A program made the translations under genes and the position numbers. DNA of 64,000 nt from Minisyncoccota bacterium (GTDB taxonomy: Bacteria; Patescibacteriota; Minisyncoccia; UBA6257; GWB1-50-10), in assembly GCA_020059915.1 (NCBI GenBank), contig JAGVBB010000003.1:40920-104919 (forward strand). Direction: 5' to 3'. The stretch's first letter is position 1; each line of letters starts with the position of its first letter. This document shows, in pieces, positions 36,434 to 45,102 of the stretch. A model generated the notes under the pieces. That model saw only the letters and a list, made by a program, of their open reading frames with translations, was not told the DNA's origin and did no database searches.

Positions 36434-37366
36434 TTATGAAATGAGCAGTTCGGCACAGACAAACATTACATAAAAAAGAACAAGCAAGATTGCCTCTTTT
36501 TTGGTGAGCGTTCGATCGGTTTTCATGAAATGAATAAGCAAGATGATGGCAAGTACCATGGCAATTCCTGTTATATAGATAATGCGAGGATTGAAGACAA
36601 ATGGATTGATGAGTGCGACAATACCGATCACGATGGTTGCGTCTGCCACCACTGTTCCCATGATGTCTCCCAGCGCAAGATCATCTTTTTCTTTCTTTAC
36701 TGCTTTGATAGAAAAGAACAGTTCTGGAAGTGTTGTACCAAGCCCAACAGCGAACATACCAATGAGCACAGGAGGAATACTTAGAGTGTGCGCCAACCCA
36801 ACGCCAAACTCCACCGTGAAGTGTGCCCCCAACAAAAGGAACCCCATGCTGAGGAGAAGAAGGAATAGCCCACGAAAAGAAAATTTTTCTCGTGGAATAT
36901 TTTGCACAATCATATTTCTTCGCAAAATAAAGAAATAGAACAAGGCACCAATGACCACAAGAATCAATCCCTCATTCCGTGAGTAGTGCCCATTGAGGCC
37001 AAACAAAATGGGAATGGCGAGTATACCAATATAGAAAAAACGTTCCTGAATCATTTTACTTTCCACCTTCAGGTTGTGTTTGGAAAAGAAAATAACTATC
37101 GCAATAACAAGAGAAAGGTCGGCGACGTTTGAACCAAACAATGTTCCCAATCCAAATGATGGAACGCCAGCAAGGGCGGAATTAACAGCAATGAATGTTT
37201 CAGGAAGTATTGAAATAACCGCAACAATCAAAAATCCGATGACAAATGTTGGTAGGCGGAACCACTCGGCAAGCCGTGTTGAGTGTATGATCGCGTAATC
37301 GGCACTTTTGATAACAAGAAACATTGAGAACACAAGAGCCGCGGATAGGGTGAGTATTTCTAGCAT
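36434..37366 (-). CDS. Na+/Ca2+ exchanger-family (CaCA, YrbG-like) membrane transporter
   Basis: Two alpha-repeat motifs GSNVADLSLVIAIV and GTTLPELFFSIKAV. Ten TM segments. Confidence 0.75.
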   Translation of the reverse strand: MLEILTLSAALVFSMFLVIKSADYAIIHSTRLAEWFRLPTFVIGFLIVAVISILPETFIAVNSALAGVPSFGLGTLFGSNVADLSLVIAIVIFFSKHNLKVESKMIQERFFYIGILAIPILFGLNGHYSRNEGLILVVIGALFYFFILRRNMIVQNIPREKFSFRGLFLLLLSMGFLLLGAHFTVEFGVGLAHTLSIPPVLIGMFAVGLGTTLPELFFSIKAVKKEKDDLALGDIMGTVVADATIVIGIVALINPFVFNPRIIYITGIAMVLAIILLIHFMKTDRTLTKKEAILLVLFYVMFVCAELLIS

Positions 37367-37481
37367 GACAAATTATTATTGATAGTGTTTCCCCTATTAT
37401 ACCCGATGGCTTGTGTTTTCAAAAACATTTTTGTTGAATATTTCCTTTATTTTTGGTAGTATTCGGTTGTTATTGTGAGAT

Positions 37482-37504
37482 CGCCTACCTTCGGCAGGCA
37501 GGTC
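37482..37504. repeat. GC-rich hairpin motif shared with the tRNA-Leu locus
   Basis: gcctaccttcggcaggcagg versus gcctgcctaccggcaggcagg at 22904-22924. Confidence 0.4.
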
Positions 37505-37525
37505 TAATGGTGAAATAAATAATAT

Positions 37526-37596
37526 TGCGGGATCGTCTAATGGTAGGACAGCGGACTCTGAATCCGTCAATCTTGGTTCGAATCCAGGTCCCGCAG
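37526..37596 (+). tRNA. tRNA-Gln (anticodon CTG)
   Basis: Acceptor tgcggga/tcccgca, anticodon loop ctCTGaa, T-arm cttggttcgaatccagg and discriminator G. No encoded CCA. Confidence 0.8.
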
Positions 37597-37603
37597 CACA
37601 TGA

Positions 37604-37640
37604 AAATCTGGAACACATTTGTTGTGCTCCAGATTTTTAT
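37604..37640 (+). terminator. intrinsic terminator after tRNA-Gln
   Basis: aaaatctggaacac-atttgtt-gtgctccagattttt. Confidence 0.5.
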
Positions 37641-37830
37641 TTGTAGGACACCGGATTCGAACCGCGGGCCGCAGGCTTCGAAGAGAAGCCGAAGGTCTCG
37701 AACTCAGCAGAGTGAGAGGCGAATCCAGGTCCCGCAGCCAATTTTTAAGCGTAAAAATTGCGTCGAAACGAGCACGCTTTCGACGTTGAATCATATTATT
37801 TGCACCGTAAGGTGCAAATATAACAGGAGT
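37641..37830. repeat. tRNA-Gln-derived partial copies and hairpin cluster
   Basis: 19-nt direct copy of the tRNA-Gln 3' end (cgaatccaggtcccgcagc at 37711-37729). Inverted T-arm-like ccggattcgaacc at 37651-37663. Hairpins ggcttcgaagagaagcc, cgtcgaaa...tttcgacg and atttgcacc-gtaa-ggtgcaaat. Confidence 0.45.
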
Positions 37831-37993
37831 ATAAATCACGCAGAAATTAGCACAATTTCTGCGACATTTGTTTAGTATATATTTTTTCCGGATTGTTGAA
37901 TGGCGAATCCAGGTTCAAAAATGCACGCGAATGCGTGCATTTTTTGGTGTTGATAGAATTGTATATTTGTTGGATAATTTATTCAATAAGTAT

Positions 37994-38521
37994 ATGGATT
38001 ATATAGATTTATTAGATAATACTTTTTTTGGAACCCTTTTTGCTGGAAGTCTCATTGCAATTTTGGGATATATCTTTTATAAAAAACAAAAAATATTGGA
38101 TATTTTCTATAGAAAAGAGGAAGAAAAACAAAAAAAGTGTGATATTCTTCTAAAACATTTAAGAATTTCTGTGGATGACTGTAGGGCTCAAGTGGACGTC
38201 CGTAATGGAAAAAATTCTATTGCAAAAAATATATATGATTTTATAGAATCTACGTATTCAAATTTTATTTCTAGATCAAACTCAATTAGATTTCGAAATT
38301 ATGTAGACAAGATTAATGATTCATTTGATGAATTAAAACTTTTTTTAATTCCTGAAGATAAGTACAAAACAGAAAGAAATGAACTTCAAAATTTAATACC
38401 CTCAATCACCTTTTATTTGGCAGGAGTTGATATTTTAGAGGAAAAAAATGTAGTTGAACTTGAAAAAAAATTACAAGAAGCAGAGAATATTTTAAAAAAA
38501 ATTGGAAAAGTAAAAGACTAA
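37994..38521 (+). CDS. hypothetical membrane-anchored coiled-coil protein (island gene 1)
   Basis: Start reassigned to MDYIDLL. One N-terminal TM, then a Lys/Glu-rich helical region. Very AT-rich coding sequence. Confidence 0.4.
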   Translation: MDYIDLLDNTFFGTLFAGSLIAILGYIFYKKQKILDIFYRKEEEKQKKCDILLKHLRISVDDCRAQVDVRNGKNSIAKNIYDFIESTYSNFISRSNSIRFRNYVDKINDSFDELKLFLIPEDKYKTERNELQNLIPSITFYLAGVDILEEKNVVELEKKLQEAENILKKIGKVKD

Positions 38522-38529
38522 TTAGAATC

Positions 38530-39456
38530 ATGGACGAAAAATTAAAATTATTTGTAATGGGGCATGGGAATGCTTTTCATTCGAGGGTTATTTCTAAACT
38601 TCGAACTTTGGGTTGGAGTGTTATGGTAAGTCCATTTTATCGAGATAATGCCACTGGTAAGGCGAGAGAGGCTGATATTATTGCGGAAAAAGAAGTAAAA
38701 TTTGGCATGGATGGAAATTCGAATGCTAGCAATGGTTTCTTTTTAATACGATTAGTTATTGAGTGTAAATATGTTAAGGACCCTATTATTTTTTGGTTTG
38801 ACAAAAAAGATGCCACAGCTACTGAAGAGAGAATTATAAAAGATATTAGTATTTTTCAAAATTCAAAAAAAAATACCTCGATAAAAAAGCACCATTGGTA
38901 TGAGTCAGAAGAAGCCGCAAAATTATTTGCCACTTTCAACCAAAACAAAGAAGAACGACAATTTGAAAATGAAATTATTTTTTCTTCCGTTGATAAAGTC
39001 CTCAATTGTTTGATAAACTATAGATCAAAGCCCTCAATAATCACCTCTCCAATTTCTCCAGACCATTGTTTTTATAAAAAATTAAATCCGATTATTATTA
39101 CGTATCCCATTATTATTTTGGACAGTTTTTCTAAACTATATAGAACAGAAATATCATCACAAACAGATCAAATTACAAATTTAAATGGGGCTGTAAATTT
39201 TGATATAGAAGTTAATTATGAATATGAACAAGGTATTTTTGGCGGCGAACATCCAAAAGTTAGTCATCACCCCTATTTGTCTATTAGAGTAAAAATGCCA
39301 GGAGAAACCGAGCCTGAAGAGCCTAAAACATGGAGTGAATATAAAAATATGAATTTTGAATATTTCTTACTTGACGTCACTTGTATTGAGAAATTAGATG
39401 ACTATTTAGAAAAATTAAAAAATAAGGATTTAAGAGCAGCGCTTAATTTTGTCTAA
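38530..39456 (+). CDS. Mrr-cat (restriction endonuclease type IV-like) domain protein with unknown C-terminal domain (island gene 2)
   Basis: N-terminal 90 aa FHSRVISKLRTLGWSVMVSPFYRDNATGKAREADIIAEKEV...FFLIRLVIECKYV fit the Mrr_cat pattern (D...DIIAEK...ECK is a PD-(D/E)xK core). The C-terminal 190 aa or so are not recognised. Confidence 0.55.
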   Translation: MDEKLKLFVMGHGNAFHSRVISKLRTLGWSVMVSPFYRDNATGKAREADIIAEKEVKFGMDGNSNASNGFFLIRLVIECKYVKDPIIFWFDKKDATATEERIIKDISIFQNSKKNTSIKKHHWYESEEAAKLFATFNQNKEERQFENEIIFSSVDKVLNCLINYRSKPSIITSPISPDHCFYKKLNPIIITYPIIILDSFSKLYRTEISSQTDQITNLNGAVNFDIEVNYEYEQGIFGGEHPKVSHHPYLSIRVKMPGETEPEEPKTWSEYKNMNFEYFLLDVTCIEKLDDYLEKLKNKDLRAALNFV

Positions 39457-39462
39457 TTAATT

Positions 39463-39933
39463 ATGAATGAATTATCTTATAAAGCAGTAGATTTTATAAA
39501 AGAAATTCGAAGTAAAATCCAGTTTCTTGTTACTGTACAAATCTTCTTTTCGGGGGTTATGTATGCTTTTTATGACGCCATTGGTAGTGAGGTGATAAAA
39601 GATGGTACAAATACTCTTTTTTGGGGTATTGGTGTAGCGTTTTGTTTAATAAACTATTTAATGATTGGAATTCTTGAGGAGTCAAAAGAAAGAATGTTTC
39701 GTTGGATAAATATTAGTATCTCAATAAACATTGCATGCTTTATATTACCTTTTGTTATTTTAGCGCTGGTAGTGAGAAATCCTCTTCCCAGTTTTTATAA
39801 CTGGCCGTTTATTATTTCTTTTGGAGGAGCAATTTGGATGCCGATAGTTACATTTTCAACCATTATTGGTGCCTCATATTGGAATATTTTTTTATGGATC
39901 AACAAGTTACTCAAAAATATAACTAAAAAATAA
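39463..39933 (+). CDS. hypothetical 4-TM membrane protein (island gene 3)
   Basis: 156 aa with four predicted TM helices, 6 nt downstream of the nuclease gene. Confidence 0.45.
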   Translation: MNELSYKAVDFIKEIRSKIQFLVTVQIFFSGVMYAFYDAIGSEVIKDGTNTLFWGIGVAFCLINYLMIGILEESKERMFRWINISISINIACFILPFVILALVVRNPLPSFYNWPFIISFGGAIWMPIVTFSTIIGASYWNIFLWINKLLKNITKK

Positions 39934-39941
39934 ATCCAATC

Positions 39942-40298
39942 ATGCTCCACCAAATGCATTTACATCCAAATCCCTTCAGAAAGATAAAAGAGGGATCACA
40001 ACAGATTGAAACACGAATATATGACGAAAAACGTCGTCAGTTTAAAATTGGTGACAGTATTGAATTTATTTCTCGAGAAAATCCCGAAGATAAATTTTTA
40101 GTAGAAATAACAGATCTTATTATCAAACCAACTTTTTCTGAGCTTTTTGATACCTTTCCGTCCGAACTATTTGGGGGAAAAGACAAAGAGGATTTAATGG
40201 GAATCTATAAATATTATTCACCCCAAGAAGAAAAAGACTTTGGTGTGGTGGGTATAAAGGTGCGATTGATTGACTCTCTGGAGCAGAGTAAAAAGTGA
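39942..40298 (+). CDS. ASCH (PUA-like) domain protein
   Basis: MHLHPNPFRKIKEGSQQIETRIYDEKRRQFKIGDSIEF matches the ASCH domain N-terminal beta-barrel pattern (GxKxxExR ... GD). Confidence 0.6.
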   Translation: MLHQMHLHPNPFRKIKEGSQQIETRIYDEKRRQFKIGDSIEFISRENPEDKFLVEITDLIIKPTFSELFDTFPSELFGGKDKEDLMGIYKYYSPQEEKDFGVVGIKVRLIDSLEQSKK

Positions 40299-40313
40299 GA
40301 TTCTGTCGCTAGT

Positions 40314-40346
40314 AAAAAATACCAGTTTTATAGCTGGTATTTTTGT
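40314..40346 (+). terminator. intrinsic terminator at the island end
   Basis: aaaaataccag-ttttatag-ctggtatttttg. Confidence 0.55.
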
Positions 40347-40366
40347 ATATTGTTATAGGTTTTTGT

Positions 40367-41497
40367 TTATCTCCACTCTTTTAGTATTTGAGATTTTATA
40401 TTAAGCGTGGCGCCGAGTGTGATGAGCACAGAGACACATATCGCTATCCATCCAAGGAACGGAATAAGTCCAAGAAGTAGATAGATGATTACTCCCAATA
40501 ATATGGTTTTCCAATTGATAGTGTATTCTGATTTCTTAGATATCCATTTATAGACAAGAGACCCAAGGAATATTGGAGTTACGATCCCTCCATAGATAAA
40601 GAGCATTATGAACGAAAGCAATCCGAGGATGCCGAGAGGAATTCCTATGATAGTGACAAGAAGAATAATTGAAAGCACCGGCAACACAATGATGGTGATG
40701 ATACCGCGACCAAGTTCTTTTAATGGATTGGAAACGGCCTGCTCTACAAGTTCTTTGCTATATTTGCGGAATATAAGTCCCACGAGAAGCGCAGTAACCA
40801 ACAACATCAAGAACTTAGCAAAAAGCGCGAAGGTGAGAAATCCAACTACTCCACTTTTCTTTGCTTTATTCTTTATCTCAGTGAAGGTTGTTTTCCCTTG
40901 CACCTTTGCCCCACTTTCCATACTGGCGGGTTTCATTGCTTCGTATACAAGATTTCCCTTTATATCAGCACCTGATCCCAATGTGAGTTTTTCTGCCTTG
41001 ATATTCACGTTGCCATCAATAGGAGCGTTGATATAGATTTCCCCACCGGCAATTTTTACATTTCCCTTAACCTGAGAATCTATTCGTACCGTTCCGCCAG
41101 CCATTGCCACATCCCCACCAATGGATTTACTTGCAAGGATTATTTGTCCCCCACCAATGAGAACATCACCGCCAATATCCCCGCTTATAGTGATATTTCC
41201 ACCGCCGACACGAACGTCTCCAGAAACCTGACTTAAGATGGTTATATTACCACCAACCACAGACAGATCTTCCGCAATTGGACCGGACACGAGAACAGTA
41301 CCGCCGGCTATCAGAACATCTTTCTCTGCGGCTCCGGCACTTGTTACCGTACCACCGACCATATAGAGGTTTTCTGCGATTTTTTCCTGTGGCGTTAGAG
41401 ATGACTGTTGTCCTGCTCTAAATTCCGCAGCATATATTACGACGGGTAGTATAAATAACAATAAAGCTGATACAAGTGCTTTATTAAGGTTTTTCAT
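40367..41497 (-). CDS. bactofilin-like beta-helical repeat protein with signal peptide and C-terminal 4-TM domain
   Basis: Repeats of GG(N/T)I(T/R)I...GDV(x)IGGG typical of polymer-forming cytoskeletal (DUF583/CcmA) repeats. Start reassigned to MKNLNK. Confidence 0.5.
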   Translation of the reverse strand: MKNLNKALVSALLLFILPVVIYAAEFRAGQQSSLTPQEKIAENLYMVGGTVTSAGAAEKDVLIAGGTVLVSGPIAEDLSVVGGNITILSQVSGDVRVGGGNITISGDIGGDVLIGGGQIILASKSIGGDVAMAGGTVRIDSQVKGNVKIAGGEIYINAPIDGNVNIKAEKLTLGSGADIKGNLVYEAMKPASMESGAKVQGKTTFTEIKNKAKKSGVVGFLTFALFAKFLMLLVTALLVGLIFRKYSKELVEQAVSNPLKELGRGIITIIVLPVLSIILLVTIIGIPLGILGLLSFIMLFIYGGIVTPIFLGSLVYKWISKKSEYTINWKTILLGVIIYLLLGLIPFLGWIAICVSVLITLGATLNIKSQILKEWR

Positions 41498-41563
41498 ATT
41501 ACAAATTGTAACATGTTTAGTGGTATACAAGTAAAACCCATTAATTCTTAGACTTGTATCTTT

Positions 41564-42709
41564 CTATTTCTCCTTTTTTTCAAACTTTAGATATTTCTTT
41601 CCCTGTAATTTTTTTGGTAAATAATCTTTTGCTGAATATTTTTCATACCCCTCTCCATATCCCAACTCTTTCATAAGTTTTGTCGGAGCATTGCGAATTT
41701 CAAGTGGAATGGAAAGATTGCCAAATTCGCGCACATCCGCCTGAGCACTTCGCAGACCATCATATGCACTTCTGTTTTTTGGAGCAAGTGCAAGATAGCT
41801 TACCCCGTGGGCAAGATTAATTGCACATTCTGGTAAACCGATAGTTTCAACGGCGCGGAATACCTCGTTCGCAATAATGAGTGCGGTTGGCGATGCCAAC
41901 CCAATATCTTCTGAGGCAAAGATGACCATGCGTCGTGCAATAAATTTTGGATCTTCTCCCGCTTCTATCATGCGTGCCAAATAATATAATGCCGCGTTTG
42001 GCTGTGAGGCACGCATTGATTTAATGAACGCACTAATAATGTTGTAGTGCTCATCCCCTTTTTTGTCATACCGAATAAACGCATGTTGTAGTGTTTCTTC
42101 CAGCGTCTTTTTAGTTATCTTGTTATACAATGTGTGCGCTGTATCAAGTAGCCCGATCATTTGACGCGCATCACCGTTTGCAAACCGTACCAACCACTCC
42201 TTCCCTGTTGCATCAACTTTAATTTTTGTGTGTTCAATGATTGTTTTGAGATTATCTTCACTTAATTCTTTCAATATGAAAACCTTACAACGAGAAAGAA
42301 GTGGAGAAATAACTTCAAAGCTTGGATTTTCCGTAGTTGCACCAATGAGTGTGATCAATCCGCTCTCCACATATGGCAACAAAAAATCTTGCTGTGCTTT
42401 GTTAAATCGATGGATTTCATCAAGAAAAATAACTATAGGTTTCAATCGTGGTCCACCTTTTACAATTTCGCGAATATCTTCTTTTCCAGCGGAGACTGCA
42501 GAAAGTTCAAACAACTCCACATCAAGTGTGTTTGCATATATGCGTGCCAGTGTTGTTTTTCCACATCCGGGAGGTCCCCACAAAATAAATGAAAACAAAT
42601 GTTTCCCCTCAATTGCTTTTTTGAGTGGCTTCCCCTCACCAACGAGATGTTCTTGTCCGATAAATCCGGAAAGATCTTTAGGTCGTAATGCTGCTGCTAA
42701 GGGTTCCAT
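41564..42709 (-). CDS. rarA: replication-associated recombination protein A (AAA+ ATPase)
   Basis: Walker A ILWGPPGCGKTTLA, Walker B IFLDEIHRF and the MgsA C-terminal domain. Confidence 0.85.
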   Translation of the reverse strand: MEPLAAALRPKDLSGFIGQEHLVGEGKPLKKAIEGKHLFSFILWGPPGCGKTTLARIYANTLDVELFELSAVSAGKEDIREIVKGGPRLKPIVIFLDEIHRFNKAQQDFLLPYVESGLITLIGATTENPSFEVISPLLSRCKVFILKELSEDNLKTIIEHTKIKVDATGKEWLVRFANGDARQMIGLLDTAHTLYNKITKKTLEETLQHAFIRYDKKGDEHYNIISAFIKSMRASQPNAALYYLARMIEAGEDPKFIARRMVIFASEDIGLASPTALIIANEVFRAVETIGLPECAINLAHGVSYLALAPKNRSAYDGLRSAQADVREFGNLSIPLEIRNAPTKLMKELGYGEGYEKYSAKDYLPKKLQGKKYLKFEKKEK

Positions 42710-42844
42710 ATGTCTCCATATATCTTACTTCGTTTTATTAAAACAAAAAAATTGACAATGATAGAAATTGTTGTGTGTATACATCTATTTCTTTTGTAGT
42801 TAGCTGTATAAATAAAAAAAGCCCCGCTATGATAGCGGGGTTTG

Positions 42845-44263
42845 TTAGTTTCCTAGCAAATAGTGTATTGCGTCAGAGGCAGAATACGAATCTTCTGCAT
42901 GTGCCATAAGAAACGGGAGAAAACTGACATCGTCTCCCATGGTAACAATCGGGGGCTCTTCCTCGTCGCCAAGATTTACCGTGGTCATAAGGCCATTACA
43001 GAGGCATCCACGACCGATAGCGTCCTTGAGATCCCCTCCTTTTGCAACATATTTATCAAATGGTTCAGCAGAACAACGATATCCAATTTTTCCATCTGGT
43101 CGCTCATAGGGAGAGACAAGTTCGCCTTGATCACAAATCCGTTTTCGGGATTCATAGATTTCCGGTTCCGATATGGTTCCTTCTAATAGTATTTTTTTGA
43201 ATGGAAATCCGGTTGGTGAAATACGCATATCGGTCTTTATCACAAGCTTACCCTCATATCCTTGTTTGCGAATTCTTCTGCGAAGTATTTCATTCATATC
43301 AGAATCATCTGAAAGCGCAAAGATAGAGCCTGCTTGAATACCCGATGCACCAATAGAAAGCGCCCATGCAAGTTTTTCTGGAGATGCTTGAGAGCCACCA
43401 ATCCAAAATGGAATACCCAGAGAAGCAAGTTCTGCATAATCAACCTTGTCTTTTTCTCCATAGATTGGTTCTGGTTCTCCCAATTCATTAAAAATAAGTT
43501 TTCGTGGAGGTGCATTATGTCCGCCGGCAGTTGGCTCTTCCACAACAAATGCGGTGATACTTCCTGCGGGCAATTTTTTTACAAAAATATTTGCAAGTAA
43601 GTTTGAGGAAATAATAGGAATAAAACCCGGCTTTTTCATCTTAGGTAATGGAGCACCGAAAAATGTTTCAGGATGAAATGACATTGTGTAACTTGTTATA
43701 TTTTTTCCAATAACAGGCAACCGATAGTGTGCTTCTCTCCCTTCTGAAATATCTTCCAGAAGTTTGGGAATCTGAAGTGGAATACCCGCGCCCATCGTTA
43801 CATAGTCAACGCCAGCAAGCATTGCGCCAGTGATTGCATACACGTGTGGCATCGCAACTTTTTCAAGATAGTTAATACTTATTGGGTTTGAATTATTTTC
43901 CTTTGCAAGCCATACCAATGCAAAGTTTGAACATACAGTAAGAGAGATAAGAAGATGATTGGGATTCACGGTGAATACAGGAATTGCTTTATATGGAGTT
44001 CCTTTTGGAATCCCCCCCTTTACGAAATATGTTTTTATGATCTTTTCCGCTACCGATGGAAACGGAAAGTGTGAAAGCGCGCGTCGAACGTGACCACCTG
44101 GATCACCTTTTTGCAATATGCGCGGAACAAGTCGTTCAAGGACAACACCAGAAACGGTGCCAAGTCCTCCGTTCATTGAGACATTCCGAGGGAGACGCCA
44201 GCCAGAAACACCAACTCCCATCCCACCCTGGATTATCTTACGGAAGATAAGAGTGTTTTTCAT
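42845..44263 (-). CDS. nitronate monooxygenase / FabK-like FMN-dependent TIM-barrel oxidoreductase
   Basis: N-terminal IIQGGMGVGVSG and C-terminal IGGSQASPEKLAWALSIGASGIQAGSIFA typical of the NMO family. Confidence 0.55.
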   Translation of the reverse strand: MKNTLIFRKIIQGGMGVGVSGWRLPRNVSMNGGLGTVSGVVLERLVPRILQKGDPGGHVRRALSHFPFPSVAEKIIKTYFVKGGIPKGTPYKAIPVFTVNPNHLLISLTVCSNFALVWLAKENNSNPISINYLEKVAMPHVYAITGAMLAGVDYVTMGAGIPLQIPKLLEDISEGREAHYRLPVIGKNITSYTMSFHPETFFGAPLPKMKKPGFIPIISSNLLANIFVKKLPAGSITAFVVEEPTAGGHNAPPRKLIFNELGEPEPIYGEKDKVDYAELASLGIPFWIGGSQASPEKLAWALSIGASGIQAGSIFALSDDSDMNEILRRRIRKQGYEGKLVIKTDMRISPTGFPFKKILLEGTISEPEIYESRKRICDQGELVSPYERPDGKIGYRCSAEPFDKYVAKGGDLKDAIGRGCLCNGLMTTVNLGDEEEPPIVTMGDDVSFLPFLMAHAEDSYSASDAIHYLLGN

Positions 44264-44471
44264 GACCTTTCTCCTTTCTAAATTATTATTGATCTATCTA
44301 TATAATAAGGCTTTATAGAGGTTATGCAAAAGGATGATTTTATAACCTACGACCTACAACCAACAACGGGAGATGGAGATGGGACAACCGACGACCGACA
44401 AGATAGCTGGACGGACTAGTGGCTTTATACTATTGTATGTTTAACATTAACAACATTCCTAGGAGGATGAT

Positions 44472-45017
44472 ATGGGAACGAATTTGCCGTTACAGGAGAA
44501 AATTGAGGAGATGCGAACCTATGCGGAGTTGGTGCTCCAGATACCGCAGATTAAAAATAAAAAAACAACCGGAGTATATGTGCGTGTCTATAATCGGGAA
44601 ACAACAAATCTGGTTATTGGTGAAACGTTTGGGACATTCGCACATGGATACCTGAAAGAATCAAATTCATCACACCAAAAAGCACGCTGGTTATATCTCC
44701 ATCCGCATGCAATTTCGACGACAGAGAGTAATGGCGAGGTTGATGCTGGTGGCATTAAGGGCAAGAACCACATTATTGGTGTTTCTGGATTTGATGTTTT
44801 TAATTATAATTCCGCACTCGCGATACTATTACTTGCCTGTTTTGAACATGAACCGAGTAATGGTTCTTGGCATGTGATGCAGGAATATGCAAAGCGAGCA
44901 CAATGTGAAACAGAACTTAATTGGCTTCTTGAACACATGCAAGCACTCCCCATTCCATCACGATTTGCGACCGTTGTTACTAAATTTTTTTCCTGGTTAC
45001 ATAAAGAAAAGAAGTAA
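44472..45017 (+). CDS. hypothetical protein, paralog family member C
   Basis: AGGAGG SD. Core HPHAISTTESNGEVDAGGIKGKNHIIGVSGFDVFNYNSALAILLLACFEHEP. The terminator atcccgcc-caagag-gcgggattttt at 45022-45050 follows. Confidence 0.5.
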   Translation: MGTNLPLQEKIEEMRTYAELVLQIPQIKNKKTTGVYVRVYNRETTNLVIGETFGTFAHGYLKESNSSHQKARWLYLHPHAISTTESNGEVDAGGIKGKNHIIGVSGFDVFNYNSALAILLLACFEHEPSNGSWHVMQEYAKRAQCETELNWLLEHMQALPIPSRFATVVTKFFSWLHKEKK

Positions 45018-45102
45018 CACATATCCCGCCCAAGAGGCGGGATTTTTATATATTGTGCCAATTATTTATTTGTTGGATAATTTTGTTATATTGTATATCA
45101 AA

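Noticed and set aside
37641-37740. Minus-strand tRNA suggested by ggattcgaacc (reverse complement of a T-loop)
   Set aside because: Folding gives only a 3-bp T-stem and no matching acceptor stem. The plus-strand copy at 37711-37729 is an exact partial duplicate of the tRNA-Gln 3' end, so it is a fragment rather than a gene.
44887-45102. N-terminal 72 aa of the 220-aa track ORF
   Set aside because: This stretch overlaps paralog C, which has a strong SD and terminator, in another frame. An internal ATG at 45103 after the terminator gives a compact ParB-like domain protein.
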